NCBI GenBank assembly: GCA_964016885.1 | Contig: CAXHJY010001092.1 | Location: forward strand, 1-64,000 | Direction: 5' to 3' | Length of the DNA stretch: 64,000 nucleotides | Source: Eledone cirrhosa | Taxonomy: Eukaryota | In this document: piece by piece, positions 31,355-43,794 of the stretch | How positions within the stretch are numbered: position 1 is the stretch's first letter | Layout of the letters: each line of letters starts with the position of its first letter | Notes under the pieces: model-generated | What the model saw: only the letters and a program-made list of their open reading frames with translations | What the model was told of the DNA's origin: nothing | The model's database searches: none | Program-made: the position numbers and the translations under genes

Positions 31355-31545
31355 TCGGTCGTGCCCTTGGCAATGGAGACTTCTGGTGTCCTTGGCCTTA
31401 GGGCTACCTCCCTACTCACCACCATAGGCGCTGAGCTGACCAGCCGCAGGTCTGAGCCTCGCGAGATGGAATGGCGCTTCCAGCGCATCTCCCTTACCAT
31501 CCTCTGGGGAAACGCCTTCTCCATTCTGTCGGCCGGGAGTGTGGG
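31355..31545 (+). mobile_element. CRE-clade non-LTR retrotransposon C-terminal (RLE) fragment
   Basis: PLAMETSGVLG…IG…EPREMEWRFQRISLTILWGNAFSIL resembles the ET.G..G / QR.S....RGNA tail of CRE-like elements. Confidence 0.65.
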
Positions 31546-31639
31546 GTGGCCAGCACGTGGAACCCCATTTTCTCACTATACAGAGAGATGGAGGTGATGA
31601 CAGTGGGAGTCCGGCTCTTCCGTCTTCGGACACATACAC

Positions 31640-31958
31640 TAGCACACAGGTCCTTGGTTTCAATGGCTGCTCTGTGTGACTGTGACTTTGAAGTGGTTGA
31701 TCACTCTCCCTATTCTCCTGATATGGCCCCATCTGATTATCATTTGTTCCCCAATATGATAAAACACTTGGCTAAGAACCAGTATCGCAGTCATGATGAC
31801 ATCATATCTGCTGTTGATGACTCTTTTTACCAACAGGATGAAACCTTCTTCACCAATTGGATCCAAGCACTGCAACACCATTGGAAGAAGAGTAAGGACC
31901 GCAGGAGGAGGGGGACTATGTTGTAAAATAAATCTCATTTGGTCACATTCCATGAGAG
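31640..31958 (+). mobile_element. Mariner transposase C-terminal fragment
   Basis: HSPYSPDMAPSDYHLF…LQHHWKK…GDYV. Confidence 0.88.
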
Positions 31959-33653
31959 TGCAAAATGATAAATTGAAAAATAAGTTATTAGAAAATTAAA
32001 GGTTAAGGTAGCGAGATTTATTTACTGAACTTACGGAGAGAGTCTTATATGAAAAAATTAATCTCGATAAGCTATTAGGATGGGATATAGAGTAAAGATT
32101 TTGATTGCGAGTCCCAGCCAGCCCTCCACCCCCACCATGAGTCAGCCAGTCTCGAGTGGTATCGTCCAGCGAAAGAAATGGAAATTAATTTTTCCGAGTA
32201 CTCTAGGAACGTAGCTACCTTAGGCCCCAGGAGCGCCAGCAGGAACTCCACAATTTCGACAGGCCATCGTCTATACCAAACGAATGCTATTAAATCACAC
32301 ATGAGGGGTTTATTTACGTGCCAGTAGAGGCATGATACAGCTAATAGTCGTGCCTAAACCTAGAGTTTATAGGCATAAGTATAATATGGCGGCCAAAACA
32401 GGCGGCACGATGGGACCGGGGCAAAGCAAGCCGCTCTGAGTAATTTCGTTTACCGAAAGAGGAGAAATTTATTTTTCCCAGCACTCAAGGAAGGCTGAAC
32501 TTTCCGAGTGCCCAGCGCGCAGCCGGGAAAAGCCACCACACAAGTCGAAGGTAACAACCCAATGGAAAGTGCAAATAGACCAAAATTATTTTAAAGTCCC
32601 AGTTAGTCCGGGTTATAAGTAGTGTGGTTCTTAGGTGGGTAGGGGGCTATGAAGGTGCATAATAAAAGCAGGATACAAAGATAAAATACAAATATAAAGA
32701 TAAAAATACATTAATAAAATAATAAAAAAATATACATTAATGAAATAATAAAAAAATTAATAAAGGTAAATAACTAGGGATGTAGAAAGACAGAAGTATA
32801 TAAGAACGTATCGGAGGGATCACAGTGTAGGGGAAATACAATATAGATCAAGTTGTAAGATAATACAGGTTGTACATATAGATATAGAGGATGGAGGAGA
32901 TGGAATGGTAACAGGTTGTACCTAGTGTAAAGTTCGGGTCTCCGAATTCAGTGTGAGTCACAAAATGTCCTGAGGTATAGAGTCAAGAATTCAGTCAATA
33001 CAATACATGTTTTAGTATAATATGTAGAGTTTTGTCGGAATCGGAATCATCCCGACAAGGAAATAGTATCAGGTGGCAGTAGATAAAGCACAGAGCAGCC
33101 AAAATCCGAATGGTAAGTAGATCAGTTAATCCCATGTACACTGAAGTCAGTGCCGCTGTTCAATATTACATTTTGAAGTGCTCAACATTATTGGAGTGTC
33201 ATTAAATAAATCTTGCTACCTTAACCTTTAATTTTCTAACTTATTTTTCAATTTATCATTTTGCAATTTAATATTTTTAATTAAATTTAATTTCATCCTA
33301 TAACTCGCATCATAAGTTTAACGTTCCAATCTTCGGTTCACACATTAGACCATACAGACACCCATTATAGATTCTTTGGAATAGCATTTTCTAGCATGAA
33401 TGTAGTGTGACTCTTACGCTGACTTCTTTCTCCCTTTCTTTCTTTCTTCCCCTTTTTCTTTGATGGAGAGGTGGTAAGCCTTCGTCCCCTCACCAGATGT
33501 TCATTAGTAGATTCAGTTGCCACCACTTTGAGGGCGACTGGCTGAGGTAAAGGCAGCAAGTTGGCCAGTCGTCCTCTTTGTCTCTGTTTCTGATTTTTTG
33601 GACCCATAGTTTTTTACATATTCGTTTGTTACATATTCCTTTGTTATATTCCA

Positions 33654-33711
33654 ATACCTGATGATATCACCGGATTCATATGGAACCCGGTCATTGAAAT
33701 GATCATAGTAT
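33654..33711 (+). ncRNA. Minimal type I hammerhead ribozyme
   Basis: ATAC-CTGATGA-TATCACCGGATTC..GAACCCGGTCATT-GAAA-TGATCA-TA-GTAT. Confidence 0.8.
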
Positions 33712-34621
33712 AATAAACCTTTCAAGGATTTACACCAGTCCAGCCTCCTGTTATTTTATTTTATTTATAATTAACTCCGTATTCGCACCACCAACTACAC
33801 AAACGAAGATGGGTGAACTGCACTGTGTTGAGTACTGTTCACAATATTACACCAGGATTGACCATACGGAATGACCAGTTCTATCCAGTGGTGAACCAAC
33901 AAACCTAAAGAAATATATATATATAATCATCATTTAACGCCAATCTTCCACGGTAGCATATATATATATATGTATATATATATTGTCACGGTCGACTTCC
34001 TGAAAAAATTACAGTACTAATTAAGTAATTATTAAATACTTGTATCGTGTGAATGTTTTTTTTTATATCCTGTTCTACCCAGGAAGAGAATTCTCAAATT
34101 ATATTCGTGTGGAGATGTCTCCCCTAGAATTTTTTTCCTATCAACAGCTATTTATGTTATCATATATAGTTTTTCCTGATGACTTCTTATGAATAAAACA
34201 GTTCTAGTCCTGTAACCGTTATTCCTATAAGGAAATGAATATGCTTATACTCTACTAACATATAAACTGCCTTTTTTTAACTGTGTTCACCTCCCGACAT
34301 ACATCAGGAACCCACCTGTATATATATATATATATATATAACAAAGAGGGTTTGGTAAGATACCAGGTAGACCATAACGCACCAGAGTACTCAATATTTA
34401 GGGTAGTAGAGTGGGTAATATGAAAAGATTCAGGACCCCGATGGCTGAGCTCCGGCCGTTTCGACAACTAGATCCGAACAGTTCGGATCTAGTTGTCAAA
34501 ACAGCCAGAGCTCAGCTGTCGGGGATCCTGAATCTTTTCACATATAAATATATATAATATAAATAAGTATTGCGTCAAGAAAAATATAGACTTCAGCGAG
34601 AAAGGAGAGTAAGAATTTATT

Positions 34622-34730
34622 GGCTTTAACATATGTTTCTATGTCTATTATAATAGTCTACATATGCTGACTACAATATATATTGTTCAATCATATGCAA
34701 TACTTATTTATCACACGTCTTCAGAAAGCT
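34622..34730 (-). ncRNA. Hammerhead motif with long stem II
   Basis: On -: GCTTT-CTGAAGA-CGTGTG...GACATA-GAAA-CATATG-TT-AAAGC. Confidence 0.68.
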
Positions 34731-34809
34731 TAAAATTGTTTGTGGTAGTGTCTTTCCAGCATGCTATAGAATTCATATATATATCATCATCATCATCATT
34801 GCAAGGGTG

Positions 34810-35235
34810 GGACAGGTCTTATTAAGTACGGCATCTCTCCATTCGTCACAGTCCTTCGTCATCTCCTCCGTGAGCTTCAGCGATCTGAGGTCAGCTCTCA
34901 CCACCTCCACCTATGTTTTTCATGGTCTTCCTCTACTGCGTCTTCCTTCTACTGGGATTTGTTAGCACTTCTTTACCCAGCGGTCATCCTCCATGCACAT
35001 CACATGTCCATACCATTGCAGTCTTCTCTCCCGCACACTATAACTTATCTCTCTTATACACAGTTTCTCTCTCAACTCGTCTATGCCTGGTCGTTCACGC
35101 ACATTGACATTGCACATCCAATGGAGCATGCTTGTTTCATTTCTCTCCAGCTGTCGCATATCCTCTGCAGTTGCTGCCCATGTCTCACTACCATGCAGCA
35201 TCGCGCATCTCACACAGGCATCATATAACCATCCT
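34810..35235 (-). mobile_element. RTE LINE 3' fragment
   Basis: MLHGSETWA…LERNE…RRLQWYGHV…WVKKC. Confidence 0.85.
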
Positions 35236-35551
35236 TTCGTTCACGAATGTATATATATATATATATATATACGTTTGGAGAAATCCATAGATAAAAAAAT
35301 CAAGGAAAACAGTGCTTGATCTGTTAAGAGAGAGATTATTTAGTGTAAACAAAGTTTCAGACACTTAACATGTCAAGTGTCTGAAACTTTGTTTATACTA
35401 TATATATATATATATAGTAATAATAATAAAATTGAAGACTAAAATCCAGAGAGGGCTCGATAAGGAAAATATATATCAAATATATAAGAACCGAAGAGCA
35501 TATCCAAACCCATGCAAGCGTGGAAGATGGACGTTAAACGATGATGATGAT

Positions 35552-35591
<40 letters not shown>

Positions 35592-36020
35592 TGTACATTG
35601 GGAATCCACTTGCATGTGTGTATGTATTTATGTATGTGTATATATATGTGTGTGTGTTGTATGTATGTATCTATTTGGAGTAGTTTAAAACAATTAAGAT
35701 TAGCTAATGAGAAGTAGACATATCCTGTTTACTCTGAATTGCCACACCTCAGAGAGACGGATGTAGTATCATTATTACACAGGACAGAGATGAAGAAAGT
35801 CATTATTTTTGACAACAGCGATGGAGATTGCTAAAAAAAAAAACCACCCAATTAACTTCAAACTCACGAATGTTCGTTCTTGTGGCTGACCAACTCCTTC
35901 CTTGTAGCAGTATGTTACTTTTGAAGTTATGGACAAAGTGGGACCAAATGTTTGATAAATAAGTTTGCTTTACTATGAAGAAATTCAGGGTTTGGTCCCA
36001 CTAAGTGGCAGTATAGGCAA

Positions 36021-36055
<35 letters not shown>

Positions 36056-36729
36056 CAACTCCTGCACATACAAGGACTGGCAGAAAAGTTCATAGGCTGA
36101 CCAAGATACTCTCATGGAATGACCAAATGAAATTTATTTTTTAACCTTTTTTAACTTTAGCATTTACATTGTGGAGGCATATGGCTTAGCAGTTAGAGCA
36201 TTGGCCTTGCAATCGAAAGGTTGTGAGTTCAATTCTCAGACCGGGTGATGTGTTGTTTCTTTGAGCAAGAGACTTTATTTCACATTGCTCCAGTTTACTC
36301 AGCTGTAGAAATGAGATGATAGGGACTCATTATATATATATATACATTTTGGAAACCATTGAATGGACTTTAATTCATATGGCCATCCTGAATCAACCTG
36401 AGAATTACATTAATCCTTTCATTACCATTTGTACATTATTTTATGTACTATACATGCACCTTTGATAAGTCATAGTGACCTGTGCACTGTTCATAATAAT
36501 TTTCATTATTATCATTATTATTTATATTTTTCATTATTATCATTATATTTATATTTTTCATTATTATCATTATATTTATATTTTTTATGAAAATCTCTGA
36601 CTATGATAAAGTGTTTACTGTGAAAATACAATAGTAAATATTGAGTAATGTAAATGCTAAAGGGTTAAGTTAAAAGTTAGTTTTTTTCACTACATTCTAG
36701 ACACTAACTCTGCCAGTTGCAGACTGCGC

Positions 36730-37040
36730 ATCAGCATGAGTTATTTTTCTCCTCAAAGTTCAATCACCAACACCAGAGTTTAAAAAGCAATGGTCAAGTC
36801 CAGTCCATAAGTAGACATTATCAAGCCATCATTTTGGTTGCTGACCTCTGCTTTTCTTACCAGCCAACCGTCCTTCCAGGCATAACTTACTCACACCATG
36901 AGTTGATCTTTTGATATGACCATAATTCAGTTTATTTTTAAGAAATTCAATCACAATAGAGCTCACCTTTCAATTCCAGTAAATATTCCAGTCTTCTAAA
37001 CAATGGCTGTTTGGCTTGATTTTGGTTTCTTGGCAAGGAA
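36730..37040 (-). mobile_element. Decayed RTE-like LINE 3' fragment
   Basis: On -: KLNYGHIKRS…KLCLEGRLAGKKSRGQQPK*WLDNVYLWTGL. Confidence 0.65.
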
Positions 37041-37058
37041 TCTCCACAGAACATTATA

Positions 37059-37120
37059 ATGGATCCACAAGAGAAACTCTACACTGCTTTTCCCTCTGTC
37101 AGCTTCTATGGCACTTCAAG
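37059..37120 (+). CDS. PRIMPOL: PrimPol coding exon 1 (candidate start exon, MDPQEKLYTAFPSVSFYGTS-R)
   Basis: ATG at 37059 and donor AG|GTATGG. The phase-2 end joins exon 2 in frame to give ...FYGTSRKRKR. No direct homology anchor, so less certain than the other exons. Confidence 0.6.
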
Positions 37121-37957
37121 GTATGGCACTTCTTTTTCTCCCTCCTCCTGATGGTGATGGTGATGGTGATGATAGTAGTAGTGGTAGAGGTGGTGGTGGT
37201 GGTGGTGGTAATGACAGGGATGGTGATGATAGTGGTAGTGGTGGAGATGATTGTGATGGTAGTAGCGGTAGTCATGGTAATTGTGGTGGTGGTGGTGATG
37301 GGGATGATGATGATGGTAATAGTGGTGGTGGTGGTGGTAGCAGTAATCATGGTAATAGTGATTATGGTGGTGGTGGTGATAGTGGGGATGATGGTAATAG
37401 TGGTGATGATGATGATGGTGGAAGTTACTATCTTAATAATTGTTTCTACTTTTAGGCACAAGGCCAGCAATTACTCAGTGCATTACTGGTACTTTATTTT
37501 ATCGACCCCGTAAGGATGAAAGGCAAAGTTAACCTCGTTAATAATGAAATAATTACTGATTTTTCTAAATCCTTCCAAATAATTAATTAATTAAAATAAT
37601 CTTTCATTAGAAATACTATCACAAAAGTATTGAAACCCTCACAAATTATTTGTTTTAAAATGTCTGCTGTTTTTTAGAAAGGCTTTTGTTGTTTGTTTCC
37701 TAGCTTTTGTTATTTTATTTATTATTATTATTAGGGTGGTGGATTTGTAGAGGGTCGGACGTCATGTTTTGACGCATAGAGTTACGGCCCTTGCCATTCT
37801 GAGTTCAAATCCCGCCGAGGTTAACTTTGCCTTTTATCCTTACGGGGTTGATAAAATAAAGTACCAGTAATGTACTGGATAATTGCTGGCCTTGTGCCAA
37901 AAGTAGAAACAATTATTATTATTATTATTATTATTATTATCTTTCTTTCTTTCAAAG

Positions 37958-38041
37958 GAAAAGAAAGCGAATTGAGAAGAAGCTTGAGGTGAAAGCTGCC
38001 GAATATTTCCAACAAGTTATTCCCCGAAAATTCCCAGCAAG
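37958..38041 (+). CDS. PRIMPOL: PrimPol exon 2 (KRKRIEKKLEVKAAEYFQQVIPRKFPA-R)
   Basis: Polypyrimidine tract plus AAG acceptor; AG|GTGAGG donor. Resembles the PrimPol N-terminal helix and is phase-compatible with exon 3. Confidence 0.82.
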
Positions 38042-38137
38042 GTGAGGTAATCAAAAACACGGGAGATAACTATCTCATGGGAAATAACTCTTCATTGAAT
38101 CTCCAAAATGATAAATTCTCTCGTTATAACTATAATA

Positions 38138-38368
38138 CACTCATGGGCAAACTGCGGCTCATTTGGCTTTCTGAATGGCACGCCTAATTTCAAAATTGCC
38201 TTGAATGTTTTAGTGGTGCGGTCCACCTTATGATGAGCCACATCCTACCCAACCTACCAGCGAAAGTGGACATTAAATGATGCTGTTGTTGATGATGAAA
38301 GATTTTCTTTTAAAAATTGTATATAAATGCCTATTTACTGTCCCCTTGAAAAAGGTTGCCCATGCCTG
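38138..38368. mobile_element. hAT-like MITE (interrupted); second copy at 51794-51949
   Basis: TIRs CA(C/G)TCATGGGCAA / TTGCCCATGCCTG with a near-identical 8-bp flank (CTATAATA/ATATAATA). Confidence 0.6.
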
Positions 38369-39417
38369 ATATAATATTTAAGGTGGTGGATTGACAGTAT
38401 CGGACACCATGCTTTGCAGTATTTAGTGATGACCCTTTACGTTCCTAGTTCAAATCCTGCTGAGGTTAGCTTTGCCTTTTATCATTCCGTGGTTGATAAA
38501 ATAAAATAAAATATACCAGTAATTCACTGGGGTAGACCTTCCCCTCCAAAATTGTTGGCCTTGTGCCTAAATTGGAAACCCTTATTACTATAATACTTCC
38601 TGTATCTATTAACCATTTCGTGGTCGTATTTCTAATCAAAATACATTCATTTCAATTAATTAATGAAGAAGTTTTGTGTGGCGGGAGAGTGTACTAATAT
38701 TATTTTGGAAACTTTTAACCTAAATAGGAACCTTTTAAAATCGGAGGTTTTGTTTCATTGAACCAGAGCTTGGTTGAAATCAAAGGTTAAACAATCATAT
38801 TATATACTTCCAAGTATAAAAAATATATAATTTCAGATGTATAATTAGATTTTTCAGAGGGTGAAAATGTATTTGCTATGTTTAAAATAATATATAAATG
38901 TGTTTATGTTGTCCCTATATCTATGTTAAAATATACTGGGTTTAAATGAGAAATACACCCTGTACACTCTGTAGAGTGGTTGATGGTAGGAATGACATCC
39001 AGCATTGAAAATCTGCTTAACAAAGAGTAATGAGGGCTCTTCAGCTGTGTCAAAACAGTGCAACCTTTTTAGTGTTGGTGTTGCAATAAAATACACTCGG
39101 TAGTACTTAGGTTAGTATGTGAGTGAGTTGTGAACCACTGGCCCATCTGAGTACTTGGTCAAGTGCAGCAATATATGGAAGCAAGATGCTGGCTCTTGGC
39201 CCATCCATGAGGCCAGTAGGTCTGTTTGAGTACCAGCCTGGTCTGCTGATGACCCAGCCAACCCAACCTACCAGCGAAAGTGGACATTAAATGATGCTGT
39301 TGTTGATGATGAAAGATTTTCTTTTAAAAATTGTATATAAATGTCTATTTACTGTCCCCTTCTAGATTAGTAATTAGTTAATAAATTATTTCTGTATAAA
39401 CATTTTTTTGATTCTAG

Positions 39418-39499
39418 AATCATTGGGCCTTCTCCAACATGGAAGTCGTTCTTCAAACAAGCCGAAGCTTTCTCTTATGTGCGGACATTTCCAAAAAAG
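39418..39499 (+). CDS. PRIMPOL: PrimPol exon 3 (IIGPSPTWKSFFKQAEAFSYVRTFPKK)
   Basis: TAG acceptor and AAG|GTAAAA donor. Matches the W-x-x-F-x-x-Q-x-x-A-F motif of PrimPol. Confidence 0.92.
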
Positions 39500-39703
39500 G
39501 TAAAAGAAATATATGTAAATGTATGTGTGTATATATGTATGATATGGTATAGTATGGATATGTGACTCCTGATGGAATCATAGGAGCATCACTAAGTTTT
39601 TAGAATGCCTATACAGTACCATTTTATGCCAGCAAAATCATTTATATATATATTAATAAAAGATCGGAGGCCATATTCAGTTGGTTCAGGTTTATCTAAA
39701 ACT

Positions 39704-39762
39704 CTGTTATACATATTTCGCTGAGGACTATCAGTTATGATATTCTGAGCTCTTCAGATGGC
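39704..39762 (-). ncRNA. Hammerhead motif, family B (antisense in PrimPol intron 3)
   Basis: On -: CCAT-CTGAAGA-GCTCAG..CTCAGC-GAAA-TATGTA-TA-ACAG. Confidence 0.65.
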
Positions 39763-40634
39763 AGAACCTAAAATAAACATTGAAAGTTCCCAATAAACCT
39801 TTAAATTTGGAAAAATCCAATAATTTCTCAAAAACATATTTTCTTTTCGTGATACAGGGGGGCCAGCCGAACGTGTGGTGTTGTTTCTTTGACGGCCGCC
39901 CCTGTATGACCCCAAGAATTTTGGCAGAATTGTTGGTTAGTGTAGGAAGTAACGAAAATGGCTGGTAGCCCTTGTCTCTCTCCTCTCTATCAGTAACTGT
40001 TGTAGTAGTAGTGACAGCAGCTGCTATAATAGTAGTGACAACCATCTCCTCCCAACCACATATTTTCCACAGGTCTGCAACAACTGTGAATATTATAACC
40101 GATAACAAAATTAACTATATAAGAAATAGATTAAAATAAAATAGATAATTAATTAATTAAGAACAAATGGAAAGGTTATATTAAAGGAGATATGTGGGAA
40201 AGAGATGATTATATATATATATATCAGGATGGATTCAGTTTGAAATTGGTTAAACCATTACTCAACAGAGTACTCAATACTTGGGGTAGTAGAGTATGGT
40301 TATATTATAAGTATTGGACCCAACAGCTGAGCTCTTGCCATTTCAACAGTTAGTTCTGAAACTAGCTGTTGAATTGGCAAGAGCTCAGCTGTCGGGTCTC
40401 AACTCTTTATAATATTGATATATTTTTCAATTTCCTATTCTCTTTTCCCTATCTTCAATAACAAGTATAGGTTCTACGTAATTCCATTTTGTAATTCTGT
40501 TGAAGTTACCTGATGAGACCGTCCTGTCTTGCATCATAATTGGATGATGGAGCTGAGCCATTCAAATATGTATAATGATTTGAGGGAATTAAAATTTACA
40601 GCATATCTTCCAATCTGGCCTTCTGTTGTTATTT

Positions 40635-40688
<54 letters not shown>

Positions 40689-40890
40689 ATAATAATAAAT
40701 TTGAAGACTAAAATCCAAAGAGGGCTCGATAAGGATAAATATATATCAAATATATAAGAACCGTAGAGCAAATATTTAATAAAAAAACAGATTAAACTTT
40801 AATCTGTTATTTTAATAAATATATATATATACGTATATATAATATTATTCAAAATATTAATAAATGAAAAATATTCTCATAATCAAAATA

Positions 40891-40957
40891 TATATTTTAT
40901 AATACATATTTCAAAGGTACAATGTTGTTTAAGTACGTTTTCATCAGATAAAATATA
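40891..40957 (-). ncRNA. Hammerhead ribozyme, family A-related (antisense in intron 3)
   Basis: On -: TATATTTTAT-CTGATGA-AAACGTAC..GTACCTTT-GAAA-TATGTA-TT-ATAAAATATA. Confidence 0.8.
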
Positions 40958-41378
40958 AGATTTGATATGCAACATACTGCGACGGTTTTGATTATTCAAT
41001 TCCAATAGTGGCAGTGATTTATTTCACCAACTCTCGTTGAATAATCAACGAACCATATTAATCTTTGGTTATATGTATATATATATATATTTATTAAAAT
41101 AACAGATTAAAGATTAAAGTTTAAGCAAATTATTATTATTATATATATATATAAGAGTATTGGGTTACCTGAAGAGAGATGTGTGGATCACATTATGGTC
41201 TGTTGGTTGTGAAGCAGATAAAAAGAAGCGCTCAACAGGGTCGACCATCAAGGAAACAACACCACATGTTTGGCTGGCCCCTCTGTATCACGAAAAGAAA
41301 ATTTTTTTCGGGTTAATTATTGGATTTTTCCAAATTTAAAGGTGTCTTAGGAACTTTCAATGTTTATTTTAGGTTTTG

Positions 41379-41436
41379 CCATCTGAAGAGCTCAGGCTGT
41401 CATAATTGATAGTCCTCAGTGAAATATGTATAACGG
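41379..41436 (+). ncRNA. Hammerhead motif, family B (sense in PrimPol intron 3)
   Basis: CCAT-CTGAAGA-GCTCAGGCTGTCA-TAAT-TGATAGTCCTCAGT-GAAA-TATGTA-TA-ACGG. Confidence 0.72.
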
Positions 41437-41601
41437 AGTTTTAAATAAACCTGAATCAACTGAATATGGCTTCCGATCTTTTATTTATATATCATCATCA
41501 ACGTTTAACATCCGTGTTCCATGCTTGCATGGGTTTGGACGGGGGTTTTCCCACTTGAGGCAAGAGTGATTGTCTTGCTCGCATAGGACTATCTATATAT
41601 T

Positions 41602-41697
<96 letters not shown>

Positions 41698-41710
41698 TAT
41701 GTATATACAC

Positions 41711-41741
<31 letters not shown>

Positions 41742-41764
41742 TACACACATATATATATACATAC

Positions 41765-41808
<44 letters not shown>

Positions 41809-42170
41809 TCAGAGCAAACAGCACGGACACTCTATCTCAAAATTATTTTTGAAAAGCATTTAGAAATGCGCAACCGGTAAAAACTTAAAAACTTAAAACC
41901 ACACCTGAATACTAACCCATACAATCACTAATACTCTTTTATTCCTAATTAAACCATTTTTCAACTGTGAACAATTTGTCAGCATTTTCTATTCTGTTTA
42001 CCAATATATAATAACTTGTGTGTTACACCTCTATTCTTTTAACTATATATATATATATATATACATACACATATATATACATATACATATATATATATAT
42101 TAATATATATTTTGTTCTGTCTACTTTCTTTTTTCTCTTTGTACATAAATGTTTTATATGTTGTTTCCAG

Positions 42171-42274
42171 GATCTTCATGTGTTTGCTTACGAGAGTAAA
42201 TCATTTGTGTCAGAGATGGAAGGAAAGCGCTTGTACCTCATTGCGGCATATCCTGTCTTCTGGCACTACTATAG
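42171..42274 (+). CDS. PRIMPOL: PrimPol exon 4 (DLHVFAYESKSFVSEMEGKRLYLIAAYPVFWHYY)
   Basis: TTTCCAG acceptor and AG|GTAAGT donor. Motifs HVFAxE, GxRxYL and FWxYY. Confidence 0.95.
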
Positions 42275-42344
42275 GTAAGTGTCCTTAGAGAAAGGCATAC
42301 ATGCCACAACTCTCCGTTTCCATCCTCTCATCTCCTTTTTGACA

Positions 42345-42790
42345 GAAGGGTGTGGCTGTGGTTATAGTTGGTTTAACAGGGGTGGATCTGTGGACATGGC
42401 TGATTTGACAGTGGGGTGGACCTGTGGTCACAGTTGGTTTGACAGTGGGGTGGACCTGTGGTCATAGTTGGTTTGACAGTGGGGTGAACCTGTGGTTATA
42501 GTTGGTTTAACAGGGGTGGATCTGTGGACATGGCTGATTTGACAGTGGGGTGGACCTGTGGTCATAGTTGGTTTGACAGTGGGGTGAACCTGTGGTTATA
42601 GTTGGTTTAACAGGGGTGGATCTGTGGACATAGTTGGTTTGACAGTGGGGTGGACCTGTGATCATAGTTGGTTTGACAGTGAGGTGTTTCTGTGGTCAAT
42701 GTTTGATTTGACAGTGGGCTGTTTCTGTGGTCAATGTTTGATTTGACAGTGGGCTGTTTCTGTGGTCAATGTTTGATTTGATGGCAGGTC
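42345..42790. repeat. 32-34-bp G-rich minisatellite (intron 4)
   Basis: CAGTGGGGTGGACCTGTGGTCATAGTTGGTTTGA units. Confidence 0.93.
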
Positions 42791-42855
42791 GTGGCTGGAA
42801 CTATTTTTGTTAATCTATTAATTGTTTCCTTCATTCTTTCTTCTTCTATGTCCAG

Positions 42856-42902
42856 TCAGCTAAAAGAAGTGAAGCGCCACCATTATGAGATCATCCCAGA
42901 AG
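42856..42902 (+). CDS. PRIMPOL: PrimPol exon 5 (QLKEVKRHHYEIIPE)
   Basis: CAG acceptor and G|GTAAG donor. HxYE(I/V)IPE motif. Confidence 0.93.
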
Positions 42903-43794
42903 GTAAGATTCTCTCCCTTTCTCATTGCCATAACATATTTCTAGTGAAATACACTCTATTTCAGTTACTGTATATACTTGAATATAAGCCGACCCCCACT
43001 ATTTTATGTCTGAGAAATGGGCAAAAGTCCAAACCTTATTTATGTAGAATTTTAAGTTGGTGAAAATTGTCAAAATACTGATCCTGAATATAAGCCAACC
43101 CCTCATCTACCATCAGTTTTTTATCACATATTCCTCAGCTTATATTTCACTATATACAGTAACTATATACAGATATATACAGTGTGTGTGTGTGTGTGTG
43201 ACAGCTCACACCTATGTGTGTGTGACAGCTCACACCTCTATGCAGGTTTAGCTGACCTCCCCCAAGGTATATCTCGTTGGAGGTGTCTTGGGTGATTTAA
43301 TGATAGGGACCCCAGTCCTATCATCTCATTTCTACAGCTGAGTAAACTGGAGCAACGTGAAATAAAGTGTCTTGCTCAAGGAAACAACACATCACCCGGT
43401 CCGAGAATTGAACTCACAACCTTTCGATTGCAAGCCCAATGCTGTAACCACTAAGCCATACGCCTTCACAGTATATCATCATCATCATCATTTTACGTCC
43501 GCTTTTTCCTTGCTAGCAAGGGTGGGATGGGAACTGATGCTGGCTTGATTTCTACAGCTGGATGCCCTTCCTAACACCAACCTCATTTACAGTGAGTGCT
43601 GGGTGCTTTTTTGCTGTGGCACCTACACGTCCACTTTGCAGTGGAATGATAGGGACCCCAGTCCCTATCATCTCATTTCTACAGCTGAGTAAACTGGAGC
43701 AATGTGAAATAAAGTGTCTTGCTCAAGGAAACAACACATCACCCGGTCTGAGAATTGAACTCACAACCTTTCGATTGCAATATACTGTATATAT

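Noticed and set aside
33365-33725. Two overlapping minus-strand ORFs as a divergent gene
   Set aside because: No recognisable homology, a frameshift is needed, and the region overlaps a + strand hammerhead, so it is more likely a retroelement terminus.
38255-39360. ~95-bp direct repeat (38255-38347 and 39262-39360) as LTRs
   Set aside because: No TG..CA ends, PBS or internal coding remnants; it looks like a local duplication within intron 2.
40505-40570. CTGATGA box (also CTGATGA at 34177 and CTGAGGA at 55852 and 14674)
   Set aside because: The GAAA box, palindromic stem III or stem I pairing is missing or degenerate; at best decayed HHRs, so not counted.
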